Notes: generated by a model not told the origin, from the letters alone. A stretch of DNA of 61,400 nt, filler included, from Perkinsus olseni (GCA_013115125.1; 3 parts of 3 records of this genome joined end to end with filler, not necessarily neighbours in it), one strand, 5' to 3'. Shown: positions 40,974 through 52,662, counted from the first letter of the whole stretch. Made by a program: numbers and translations.

Positions 40974-41073
40974 NNNNNNNNNNNNNNNNNNNNNNNNNNN
41001 NNNNNNNNNNNNNNNNNTTAATTAATTAANNNNNNNNNNNNNNNNNNNNNNNNNNNNNNNNNNNNNNNNNNNN
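40974..41073. other. Artificial contig linker (44 N + TTAATTAATTAA + 44 N)
   Basis: Same 100-nt structure as 20469-20568. Confidence 0.97.
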
Positions 41074-41132
<59 letters not shown>

Positions 41133-41145
41133 GGTGTTGTTGTTG
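41074..41145. repeat. (TTG)n microsatellite at contig start
   Basis: Seen directly; one interruption near the end. Confidence 0.95.
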
Positions 41146-41146
41146 T

Positions 41147-43297
41147 CAGTTCCACATCGATAGCGGCTGGGCTGATGATACGACCTCCCCGCCAGACTCC
41201 GAAATGTTGCCCTGCATGGAAGCTTGGACGACTACGTAGTGCTCTCATAAAGTCTCCGTAAGGAAGGCATTCTCATCCTCAGGTTCTGTCGCCTTCGCCC
41301 GTTCGACTTGGCCGACCAGCTGGCTCAGCCCTGTCGGCTGAACCAGTTCAACGCTTTGGATGTCGAGGCCCTCTCTTCTCTGCTTTGGGCCTTGGCTGCT
41401 ACACGGGTTTGGAATGAGAAACTGGTAGGAGTATCTTAGGTTGATGCTTGCTGCCGACAGAATTGTTAGATACTCTACGCCTGCGCTCACCTGGTGCATC
41501 GCGTGGAGTCCAACAGCATCAGCAGCAGCATCAGCATCAGCAGCAGCAGCATCAGCAGCTCCGAGGCTATGAGCAAAAGCCTCGTCCAGGCCATTTGGGC
41601 TCTGGCGGGCCTCAACGCTCCGCTGATGAAGTTCGGCAAGGCTGTTGTGACTCTCACGCGTGAACTCGAAAAGAGGGTGAGTATAGCAGAACAATCGAGC
41701 ATGTCCTTAAGCTTGTCGTCCAGGTGGATACCCTCTCTTCCTCCGATCTTGTCAACCTGATCACAGCCCTGTCGGTGTTCGTGTGAGGAAGCGTCGACCG
41801 TCTATCAGCCTCAGCCCGATCTGCCCTTCCCTTCAGGCCGACTACCCTCCTCAAACAGCACGGCGGAGCGGAGCTCCTTAGTAAAGCGTGCGGCAAGTTG
41901 GTGGAGGCTCTCACTGGCCAACTGGAGAAGCCCTACCGTCCGGACTGGATGGCCACTGCGGCCAAGGCGCTCTACTTCGCTAGGGTGGTGGCTAGGGTAG
42001 TCCTGCCGCTGGATGGGTTTTAATGCACACATCTCTAGCGTATTATTTACTATTAGTTGCAATAGTATTATCAATTCATGAGCACTTAAAATATAATTTT
42101 TAGGGCTTATCGTTATTACTTTTGTCTTGAAGATTTTTTTTCTCAACTTGGGAAATCTTCGATTGAAACACTGATGATCTATTAATGATAGGTAATTATT
42201 GAAAACAGTAACGAAAATTCAGGGCTTTTTGATGTTTTCACTATTAACTAGAAAAATCTATCATTTACTTTTACTACGGCGCTCCAAGAACAGTCCGGTG
42301 AGAATTTTTTCCCAAAAATTCCCTCCACTGTTTCCAACTGTAAAATTGTGGCGTGTGAGTAGTTGATACGCACCTGAGGCTCAGGTCCTGAGCTCAATAT
42401 GCCAGGTATTCACACGAAAGGTATCACATCAGCTGCGAAGAGTTTCCTTCTGGCTGCTGTGGCATGTTTTATTAGTTGGCACTGACAACTAGATGCCCGT
42501 TGTTGTTGTTATCATCCCGAAACTGATGAGTAATCGTAAATGTGGTACTGGTGGTACCTTTCTAGTTCAGGTCCCCTCCTCCTCGGGCCTCAATGACACG
42601 TCCCTATCAGCAGTACTCAGTGCTCGCAAGTGCGCTCCGCTAGGAAGGCTGTCTGTGAAGGCGGCCACTCAGCTGGGGGTTGTTTGTCATGGTGTAAAAG
42701 CAGATGGGATTCGAGTGAAGTAAGCCGAAGGTCCCGGGTTCGATCCCTGGTCGCGGCATCTTATTTTATTCAGTGCAATGGCTCTGGGACTTTTCCCTTG
42801 CGATGTTCTCTATGACGAGTCGAAGGAGGTACTCGAGATTGAGCGACCCAACCAGTTCGTCAGGACCGACGAGGTAACGTCCAGTCCCCGTCCCCCCGCG
42901 TGGAGACAGCGCCCTCTTCGTCAGGGGACCATCACTTCCATCTGCGGCTGGGACCAGCTTTCCCGGGAGTGCCTGTCAGCCCTAGGGTTCAGACTGACCG
43001 CCATTTCCCAGGCTGAGTGGGCGGCGTTGATGCTGCCTCCGACGGCGATGGCCTCTGCTGCAGATCAGCTCTCAGCTCAAGTGACGAGAACGACAGTGGC
43101 GTTGTAGTTGGAAATTTTTTGTGAGTTAGATAAAATACGTGAAGTCCCGGATGAGGTCCTCGGCCCGACCGAAGGTGTCCGAGATACCGATGATGATGAG
43201 AGGGCGCAGTCGGACGAGGAGCGGTAGTAGCTCTTCAGAGGCCAGCAGCCGGTCATCGTCAGCATCATCGAGCAGTGAGAACCGGGCTGGGTGGTAG
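41147..43297 (+). CDS. RAP-domain, helical-repeat (FASTK/HPR-like) organellar RNA-binding protein; 5' end lost at the gap
   Basis: Repeats FNALDVEALSSLLWALAAT and SLVQAIWALAGL; C-terminal RAP-like FPCDVLYD..VLEIERPNQF...LSALGFRLTAISQAEWAAL...QIKYVK. Confidence 0.72.
42719..42758 (+). pseudogene. tRNA 3' half (Thr-like, xGT anticodon) forming most of a 54-nt intron
   Basis: AGTAA GCCGA AGGTC CCGGG TTCGATC CCTGG TCGCGGC A = anticodon-loop end, anticodon 3' stem, variable loop, paired T-arm, acceptor 3' strand and discriminator. No matching 5' half is seen upstream. Confidence 0.75.
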
Positions 43298-43318
43298 AGC
43301 GTGTTGAGGTCCTTTCCT

Positions 43319-43962
43319 TCAGGTGGTTCCTCGTCTGGTAGCAGTGACGACTGAGGTATCATACGTTTTCTCAATAACAAGGGTGTTGAGTACTCCAGTC
43401 GGGCGAACACGAGTGAATCTCGGAATCCGAACAGCTCATCAATCAAACTGGAACTCATCAAACATCAACAAACTGAAGAGGCCGTGTTTTCCGAGTCTCT
43501 TAACAGCGAAGGGGTCCGTAAGGGTAACAGCTTCGTGCGCAGCATGCTTGGGTTCAAGACCTCAAAACGTCTTCGCGACGCAGTCCTCGTCGGTCCAGCA
43601 GGAACGCTTGAAGGGAATAATTTCCTGGTAACCGGTCAAGGCCGTCAAAGAGCTTCCTCATCTTTCCGTGACCGGCCCAGGACACGTTGGCAACGTGACG
43701 TGGCAGCCCGCGCACACCACAGTCTTCGATCACGTGCATCATGTCGGAATAGCACAGTGAAAAACGACCACGCCTTAACTTCTGAAGGCCCCCGGATCGA
43801 TTCCTCCTGACGGTCTTTCTTTGAGTACGCCTCGGTCAGGTTCTCGAGTTTCGCAGTCTCTTCATCAACAGCGCAGAAGCCCTACAGCATATTCTTATTC
43901 CTTCTTCTGGCCAGTGAGAAGTACACCCCTCACACTGTTGGGTAGACGACCGCCAAAGCATC
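43319..43962 (-). CDS. Hypothetical spliced protein (boundaries uncertain)
   Basis: Coding-like minus-strand segments (FCAVDEETAKLENLTEAYSKK; YSDMMHVIEDCGVRGLPRHVANVSWAGHGK) between the RAP and ADK genes. Confidence 0.3.
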
Positions 43963-44131
43963 GGTCTAGTTCTTCTTCGTGTCTCCTATGTACTCAGGGT
44001 TTTTCCTCTGTGCGAAACTTTTCGAAGGTTTAAGTTACAAAGGTTTCCCTCCCCCAACTCCTGCGGAACACTGAATCGGCTACAGTTCTGAAACGATTAC
44101 AATGGAAACGATTAACCATGCGGTTAGAGGG

Positions 44132-45294
44132 TTAATGAATTTGGACTCGTAACTTCTGTTTGACATCAGTAAAGTACGTGCCGATGATTTCCAGCAGGGA
44201 ATCAGTCTGCTGGATACCGCGGGTGACTTGGAAGTCGATAACTCGAGTGTCGGGGGAGTTCCTGAGGAGGAAGCTTCCACGGCGAAATCCAGTCGAAGCT
44301 GCCACCTGTAAAATTCCAGTAGGGGTTCCTCCTTCTCGAAGTGCAGCTCTAGTCGATGCTGTATGATGTCATCAGCGTCATCATCACGGCGAATCTGTAG
44401 AGACAAATCCACCGAGTGTTCAGTAGACCTCTCCTCAAGCACCCCCAAGACTGAGTAAAGCACGATGATGGAAGCCTTCCGGAAACTCAGGAGGACACCC
44501 GGTGAGAACCACGTCTCACCAATCCCGATCCACAGGTGTCACATATCCCCTCCGACTTGGGAAGCATCGGTGGCATATCATAGTGGCCGTAACGAATGTC
44601 CGCGAGATTGTAGTTGTCACCGCAACCACCACAAATACGACGTGATGCCAACTTGTGGACGAGCACCTAGAAGCAGATCCTCAGCACTGCGGCAACGAGA
44701 GAGGAGCTTCTCACTGATCTGGATAGACTAATGTTAATCACTAACTCGGGGTTACCATCACCCAGGGCTAGATCGGACCACATCTGAGCTTGTTCGAGTA
44801 CCCGAGGGAAGCCGTCGAGGATGTAACCGTTGACGCGAGAAGAGGCTTGCAGCTTCGACACCTACACCGACGGCCGTGGCGATTCAACTCGAACCCTCCC
44901 TCGAGCCCCACCTCATGTTTCATCATGGTAACGCTGTGTTCCGAAGGGACCATCAAACCTGAGCGCCCAAGGGCGTCCGCCCCTCCTCAGAAGAAGCCGA
45001 CCCACCCTTATCGAGGAAAGGTTTGGCCAGTCGCCCGAGAGGGCTGTCCTCCTTGACGTGTGCTCGAAGGAGCTCACCAGCGCTGAGATGACGAAGGTTG
45101 AGACGAGGGGCTATCCTCTTCGCGAACGTCCCTTTACCTACGGTGAAGGCAGTTCAATATTACTCAGCGACGAATTTAGGCGATTCAAAGCTCTTAGCGG
45201 AAACCCTTTTAAACGTCTTCAGACGGGCAGCACGACAGAGGAGGAGTCGCCGCTTACCAACGCCCGGGGCTCCGAGGAACAGAACTTTCTTCAT
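44132..45294 (-). CDS. adk: Adenylate kinase with Cys4 (zinc-type) LID; multi-exon
   Basis: MKKVLFLGAPGV|GKGTFAKRI, HLSAGELLR, GYILDGFPRVLEQA, RRICGGCG...ICDTCG and IRRDDDADDIIQHRL; stop at 44132-44134. Confidence 0.93.
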
Positions 45295-45407
45295 CGAAAC
45301 TTGAGAAATAGTAACGAACGGTCGGACTGAAAACGATCGCCAGGGCGAGCGCTAAATGAAAATACGCCGAAGCACTCCAATGGTTAAGGGGGATCCCTGC
45401 AGGGAGT

Positions 45408-47935
45408 GATGGATCTGGTCGCGTCCGTCGGTCGGCCCTCCGAGGCAGCTACCGTTTGCTGTTCCTTCGGGTGGTGCTAAACAGGGCGCCTCTGAAGGCT
45501 CAGAGTCGAGCTGGTAGATGTACTGAAAAATCAATTACACAAGCTGAGATCATGATCCAACCTCATCGGCCATGCCGTTACAACTGGCGGGTAAGAGTGT
45601 GGTAATAATGGTCTTTTAGAACTGTCTGTTGGTGGTGGGTGGTTGCCGTTGATTTATCGATGCTGAACGGGTCAAACGGGACAGTAAGTCTTCACCCTCC
45701 ATGACAAGCACCGAAGGGTGGTCGGGGTGAGGAGGAGTGGCCGGTAGGAGACACAGTAAGGCGGTGATGCGTCCCAGCCAGGTGTAGTTGGTTTACAGGA
45801 GGGTCCTTCCAAGGTACATCGGTAGGTAGGGCTGATGGCCGATTTGATATCGATGGTGTATCGAGCAGTCGGGCGGTATGGCAGGAGAATAATGCAACTT
45901 CGACTGTAACGGCATCTTTCTGCGCGTATCTTCCCATAATCGACCTTCTCCTATTAACCCCTCAATCCTAGAGAATCTTGAAGATCGTGCTCACTATCCC
46001 CGAGGCTCTCCGAGGAGAATCTTTCTGTCATCCATGCAGAGGTCAGAATGACTTTCTCAGTTCTGATTTGTATAACATTGATAATGATGCCCCGACTGCC
46101 ATCTGACCTACTCAAGACAGCCTCTCGAATTTTCCTTGCGAGGGATGACCTCCCAGTTCACGACCACACCCCCATTGCCGACATGTTCGCTCTCTATCCA
46201 CTGGAAAGCGTCATAGTAATGACTAAGGGCTTGGAACTAGGCATGGCCAGCAGGTAGTATCTTCGTCACTCTTAACTTTGCGGAAATCTATTTTTTCAGT
46301 ACCATTCTATTGGCGCACTGCTTCTATATCGTCGTTTGCAACTTCCCTTCCGGCGGATTTATCGGATCAACCCAGGCTTCCTGGGCGGACAAGCTACTAC
46401 TGTTGCTGTGTGTAAGTTGAGAGGGCTGCCGCCGCCAACACCATGACCATCCACGTCAGGTGCTGAGGATAGTCGTCGCCTTGCCGAGGCCCTTTTTTTG
46501 GGTCAAAACCCGAAGGGATTTCATAGAAGCTCGGTAATAATCGTAAGAGTATCGTAATGGTTTTACTTCGCCTTCCTTCAATTTTCTCGGGAAAATGTCA
46601 CGAGTAATGTCCTCTCGTTGTAACGAATCGCTCGGATGGCAATAGACCAAACCACCCAGGTTCGATCCCGGCACCTTCCATGTATCCCTTTGCAACCGTA
46701 TTTAATTTTCGTGTGTGTGAGTTACAGTCTAACGCCAACAATACGGACTGGTCAGACTACCACCGCCGGTGTACCTTTCTGTGGAGGAACAGCTCAGCCT
46801 GTTAAATGGGCCCTCTTCGTTAAGCCAGTTATGCTGCCTTCAGAGTTAGGGCGTCGGAAGCGGCCGGGGGACTCCCTTTTCTCCCGGCAGAATCCGCTTC
46901 CACTTAGCCCGTCCTCTCAGGTGTCTTTCAACCCCCCAACAGATAACAGCCCGTCTGCTAGATATCTATTCTCACCCTTATAAACTAGAGAGGACTCTCC
47001 TGTACACCTACTACACTTGGTTGGGATGCATCACCACCTTACTGTGTCTCCTACCGGCAACTCTTCCCCATAACGCGGATCTTGCTAAGGTACTATTGGG
47101 GATGTGCTGGCCGAATTGCCGCTGATGGCAGCGATGGTATCTTTTTTTCTGTCAGACGCTATGGCGACATGTGTTGTTGAATATTGCGTCATTGGTCTTC
47201 CATCGAGTGGCCTGTGTTAGCCTCTTCTACTGGTTGATGGAATCGGAGTTCAAGAGGGGTATCCCAGCCGAGATCCTTGACAGATTCACTGATGTAAGAT
47301 ACTCTTCCAATCCCATCCTTTGTTATTATCATCCCTAGGCGATTTGGTGATGTTGTGGTAGGCAGGAAATCTCGCCACGCCCACGGAATTATCGTATTCA
47401 ACACCATCGATGTTTCTGTGGCGTGATTTCCGATCATGCACGTTGAATGCCAACCCCTCATTGGGATTTGGTCTGGATTAATTATTCAACGACTTGCTCT
47501 TCAGAAGAAAAACTGTAGAAAAATCGAAACTGTCTGACCTGTTCAACTGCCGAAAACTCGTCAAAAATTTAAGAAAATTTTATCGTTCTCAACTCCCACC
47601 CTTTCCTAGACGCTGACCGCCATCCGCTTAGGTTTCGGTGTATCACCAGGGGTGGTTATCCAAACTAGGACGCTCCGAAGGCAGCAGTAACGAAGTGGTC
47701 GTAAAAGACCATCAATACAGTAGCAACGACTGTGCTATTTGCTACACGGACTTCAAAGAAGGGGACAGGATTCGCGGCCTAAGATGCGGCCACGACTTCC
47801 ACGCCTCCTGTGTGGACGTTTGGCTGCTACAACACCAAAACCGGTAATACGATGGTGTTAAATTGTGAATAATTTGCCCCTTCCAGATGTCCCCTTTGTC
47901 TGCGTCTGGTCGGCCCAACAGTGTCGCCCAGGTGA
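45408..47935 (+). CDS. RING-H2 (ATL/RNF13-like) E3 ligase, probably membrane-anchored; 5' exons uncertain
   Basis: CAICYTDFKEGDRIRGLRCGHDFHASCVDVWLLQHQNR|CPLC is a complete C3H2C3 RING ending at TGA 47933-47935. An upstream hydrophobic stretch reads WADKLLLLLC. Confidence 0.75.
46628..46680 (+). pseudogene. Degenerate tRNA-like relic (Ala-like 3' end; A-box-like and B-box sequences)
   Basis: GCTCGGATGG (A-box-like) followed ~15 nt later by CCCAGGTTCGATCCCGGCACCTTCCA. No anticodon arm. Confidence 0.4.
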
Positions 47936-48129
47936 TGAGATTCCCGACATTTCTGGCAGTTCCCTCACTATACTTTTTATTCATCATTTTATCCTGTAAA
48001 AATTGCCAACGCCGCCACTGTCGTTTCCAACGTATCAAACGCCACCCGTGTTGTTTTTAACAGTTAAAACACAATACTCTTCTTAAGGAGGAACAGTATC
48101 AGAGACGTTAGTGGTTGCTAAGGGGGGCT

Positions 48130-49943
48130 TTACTTCCCCGCCTTGGCCTTGGCTTCTTTCTTCTTCTGCGTCAACTTGGCAGCTTTCTGGTCCCTAGAGG
48201 CCTTACCAAACTCTATCCTAGACAGCAGCTTGGCATGCTTCTTGCTCAACATGCTCTTCTGAAGTTCCATCTTCTCCTGAGCCTTCTCCTCTGCCCTCTT
48301 GGCGACCTCCTTCTCTCGCTCGGCCTTCTGCTCAGCCTCATTGACTCTCTCTGCTGCTTCCTTGTGGCGCATCTCCGCCTTCATTTCACGAAGATAATCA
48401 CGCTCGGCCAAACGATCGTCCACTTCATCGGTCATGTTCATGGCGTCGGCCGTGGCCTTGAGGAGGCCCGAAGCGTTCTTCTTTCCGGCCATCGAGCTGA
48501 CCATATCATCGAGGACCTTCCGTCTGTCCGGGACGTAACCCTCGCCGCTGTCATCGACGAAGGGCGAAAGATGGGGAGGAAGGGCCTTACCGAGGCCGTA
48601 CTCAGCGACAGGCAGGAGGATACCTTCGTTGAAGGAGTCCAGCACCCACTGAGGTTGGATGACATCTCTGTCGCTGGTCTCATCGAACCCATCAGGGAGC
48701 ATCGGACGGTCGATAACACAATGTGTGATGTCCTCGTCGTTCATGTTCTCCTTCAACCATTTGACTTCCGCCCCTCCCGCGACCAAGACGGTGTAAATCG
48801 GCGCCAAAGCAACTTCGCGAGACACCCAAAAGACAAGTCCCTTGAAGATGCCCTTCTTCGTCTCATCGCCATCGACGTCCATTGTCTTTGGCGCCTTGTC
48901 AACCTTAATGGTGGCAAGACTGGTGCTGGAGGTGTCTGCCCTTTCGTCGGACATAGCGGCGTGAGTAGGAGGATATCGCCAACCGACCTCTTTGAACAGT
49001 TTGAAGTTGACGAACCTCAGTAGAGTTCGGTACCTGTCCGCGAGAATCGTCAAACGCAACCCTCAGGACCCTCTATTACCATTCGCCAAAGGTGTTCAAC
49101 ACGTTCATGTCAACCTCAGCAGGGAAGCGGGGGGCGAAGTTGTGGGGCTGCAACCAGCAGACCACGGCGCCCTGGCAAGCAGAAAGTGGAAAAATCACCG
49201 AAAAGTCGGCCCTTTAGTACATAAGGCAGCTGAGCTTCGAAATAGTAGCCCTTAATGGAGGCAAACACCTTCGTCAGACGACCGGTGTGGATGACGTAGA
49301 AGAGGAACTCGTCGTAAAGGCGACGAGCTTCGGCCACCTGATGATCTGTGAACTGCCAGCTTCAACCTAAGATACGTCCTCACTTGTTCGGGCTTGATCC
49401 GCTTCACTTGGTCAGCCGGAAGGTGGGCGAACATCGCCAAGGAAGCAACGCAATCATCGAGATCGCGAAGAGCCGCATCGAAAGTGGGATACCTATTAAA
49501 GCGATCGCCGTGACGAATCTTTTTTCCCGCCAAATCCCCGCTTCGACCTCTCCTTAATGAGGTGGCTGAGATCCTGTTTCGGCTTGTGAAACTTCTCCAA
49601 AGTTCTTCCTCTTTTATAATCCTTTCTCGCCATCATCCGTCGGTGCTTTTTCAGATAGGCCTGGGTCGAGTAGGAGGTGCTCACCAGCGGGTCTTGCATG
49701 AGGAAGGTGATGTCCTTGATATGGTAGTACCTAAACTTCCCCAACTCATAGCATATCCTTCCGCCCAGCCTACGTTTTATCAGCCCCTTGAAGCTTCCTC
49801 TTGGGTTCCCTAGGGTAAACCCCCTTCAATATACACAACCGTCTGAACTCCTGCAGAGAGAGCTGCAATCGCTTGAGGGCCTGGGCTCGGGTGATGTAGT
49901 GGGCTGAGGAGCCCTTCTTGCCGGCCTTCATCCGCTTCACCAT
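48130..49943 (-). CDS. PES1: Pescadillo/Nop7 homolog (LSU biogenesis, BRCT domain); multi-exon
   Basis: [85 protein letters not shown] and [15 protein letters not shown]. Confidence 0.96.
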
Positions 49944-50053
49944 GTTAATAGAGGATCCTTATTTACAAGGAGAAGGAAGAAGCACTGAGGAACCAAGTCC
50001 TAGGGAAAGGAGAAGATTAATGATGGTGATGGTGAATTGAAGGGCATCGGAGA

Positions 50054-50195
50054 GTTCTCGGCGGGTTGGCAACGAAGGGATGGACAGCTCCCTCTCAGCA
50101 AGCGTTGGTGGGAGGTACGCGAACACATGAGAAAAGCGCGCGCCCAGGCGATGGTGGGTAGGCGATCCGCCCAGGTTCGATTCCCGGTGAGAACA
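50054..50195 (+). ncRNA. Candidate 142-nt tRNA-like structured RNA (acceptor stem + T-arm closing a ~110-nt insert)
   Basis: GTTCTCG (50054-60) pairs with TGAGAAC (50188-94), followed by an A discriminator. T-arm CCAGG-TTCGATT-CCCGG. GCGGGTTG (50061-68) pairs with CGATCCGC (50163-70). Confidence 0.45.
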
Positions 50196-50660
50196 CTAAC
50201 AAGAAAAGCTGGTGTGATTGAGAATGTTATTGATACGTCATTATCAATGGACATGAGCATTCACGAGAGATCGATTATCGATTGGAGGGCCTTGAGGGCT
50301 GATCGAGGGTCGGTGGGGTCACCTGGGAGGGGTAAGCGTATCAATAACGGGTGGGTTATGCATTATGGTAGTAAGGTTTATGCTACTTTCCCATGGATAA
50401 CGTGTGCAATACTCGTGTGAGCCACGAAATGAGCGTAAAGGTTATAGAGCGACGCACAGAACGACGTGCGTATTAGTTCCTATGAGGGCGAATGTTATGC
50501 TACTTTCCCGTGGCCAACTTGTGTGTAACTGCTTGGGAGCTGCTGCGCCCCGTTACAACGAAACCTTTTACAGCACAGGGCTGTGGACGGGGCGGTGGAC
50601 TTACAATCGAGGACAGAGGTGCCGGGCAGTAGAGAATCTACTAAGTGCTCAACTGCGCCA

Positions 50661-51614
50661 TCACCGCTGAGGGGAGCATCGCTTTCGTGTAAGACCACCG
50701 TCGTGACCTGAGGGTAACGAGACGCTCGATCTATAACGTGGGAGATGGACCTTCGGTCGGGTGGGCAGATCGGCTGATGCCGCCATGATGCGATCGAGCC
50801 ATCGACTGGCTGAGGGCAGCGTGTCCTGTGGAGGGACGACCAGGATGATGATCGGCGAGGCCTTGATGAGATGGTCGATCTGATGAGAGTATCTGGGAGA
50901 GGCCATATCTTCCTCAGGCACTGCGCAAGGGAGAGGCTATTGGCCGCTAAGAGAATGTTTCCATCGAGAGTACAGTGCTCAATGTTTCGGCGTGTGACGG
51001 CGGGAGCTCGGGCGTTGGTATGGCGCGCACGCACACTCGAGGACTAATGAAAGAGCGCACAAGAGGAAGTGCTGCTAGCTGTAGTATGACTTTGCAGGAG
51101 TCGTGTGAGGCGACGCGTGCTGGAGACAAGGTACAGGTGTCCTTAGCGTTGTATCAGTACTTTCACCTGCTTTTAACACTATCACTAAGGAGACTGAATG
51201 TCGACTTCGGTTGAATTAACTCGAGGTGGGGCCTAGAGCGTTGCCCGGGCAGACCCTTTGATACCACAACTTGCCCTCATCACCCCACCCTGTCTGGTCC
51301 ACCAACCTGCTGTAGTCATGGCCACACTCCATGATCGTCAACTTGATCACTTCCCCCTCGGACCCCACCGGAGACAGCAGACAGGTTGACCTGCGCCACC
51401 CATCCGCGTCTGGAGGTCCACCTACTACAAGTCCGCCTCTTCTCGACACGCCAGCCCTCATCACTTCACCTCTATCAAGCAGCGTTATTCTCCCAGCGTT
51501 CGACAAGGCTTGGGTGATGAACCACGATTTTCCACTATCTCCCAGGACAATTATCCGCACAGCTCGGTGGTAGTATTCTTCGCTTGCCCTCCCTGATTCT
51601 TCGACCGAGGCCAT
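50661..51614 (-). CDS. Hypothetical protein with degenerate P-loop-like N-terminus; exon structure uncertain
   Basis: MASVEES...RAVRIIVLGDSGKSWFITQAL, later GEVIKLTIMECG; downstream coding-like segments extend to ~50661. Confidence 0.4.
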
Positions 51615-51692
51615 TGTCTTATTAATCCCTTCGTAACAAAAAAGACACGGCCATCGCCCCCGCCCCGGACGTGTGAGCGGATTCTGCCAGGG

Positions 51693-51853
51693 GGAAAGGA
51701 AGCTCTCCAGTTCGAATGCTCCCCTCAGGAAAGCTTCTTCACGAACTGTCTCATCGCACTGCATATCAACGCCACAGAAAGTCCCCAACTGAGAACATCG
51801 GCTTCGATTCTAACTAAGCCGGAACAACCGTAGACGTTGGACTGTAAACTCAC
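51693..51853. repeat. Direct duplicate (copy 1) of 53440-53600
   Basis: Ungapped 161-bp alignment with 16 mismatches by hand count (~90% identity). Confidence 0.9.
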
Positions 51854-52662
51854 GCGCACCCTCGTCGGCGATGCTCTAGAAGAAGAGGGTAGTGTCATTG
51901 CCGTCAAGTACTCTTGCAACACAGATAGATGCGTTGTTGTTACTCTTCACTTGCATAGCTAGCCTGTTACGCTATAGCGGATGATCCAATAAGAAGCTTT
52001 CTTACCAGTCGTGGTGTTCGTCTTAGTGGGGCGGAGAGGACCACGTTAACAAGACGCAGTGGTCACCTACCATCGCAAAATCTACCATTTTTTGTATACG
52101 AACGCAGCTGGAGCTGCGAACGAATTTGAATGGTCTGGGCAACAAATTAAAGAGAGAAAGGAAAAAGAAAGTTCATCCCGACGTGTGCAGTGGTACTGGT
52201 GAAACGTGGCAAGTTCTCTCGCAAAGATCACAGAGTACTGCGGATCTTAGATCCGTAGTGGACGCAACCTCCCAGACTGGACGAATGCAGCTTAATTAGT
52301 ACGACCGTCTCGGCCTACGGAGCCGACGATTTCAGAAATATACATGCGAGTATCTTGGCGAGCGATTATGCAACGATATGGATACACAAACAATAGTCTC
52401 ACTGGTCATATACCCAACAGGAGGGGAAGAGCGTCCTAGGTTGAACTGATACTTCTGCGGCTCGGAGTTGTGAATTCGCCCAGAAGGATGGTCGATACTT
52501 GAACTCAAGATGATGGAGTAAGCACAATAAGAGAGCATCTACATCACATAACATGGGCACAGCGACCATCCGCAACAAACAACATGAAGCGAACGTAGAT
52601 ATTATTTTTAAAGACTGAAAAGTGGATAAGAACCCCACTGGTGTATAACAAGATTGGTTGAT

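Noticed and set aside
43126..43461. Minus-strand ORF overlapping the RAP gene 3' end, suggesting an antisense gene overlap
   Set aside because: Its overlapping part mirrors the codon frame of the Ser-rich last RAP exon; no independent support.
48115..49023. 302-aa plus-strand ORF
   Set aside because: Antisense mirror of the pescadillo terminal exon.
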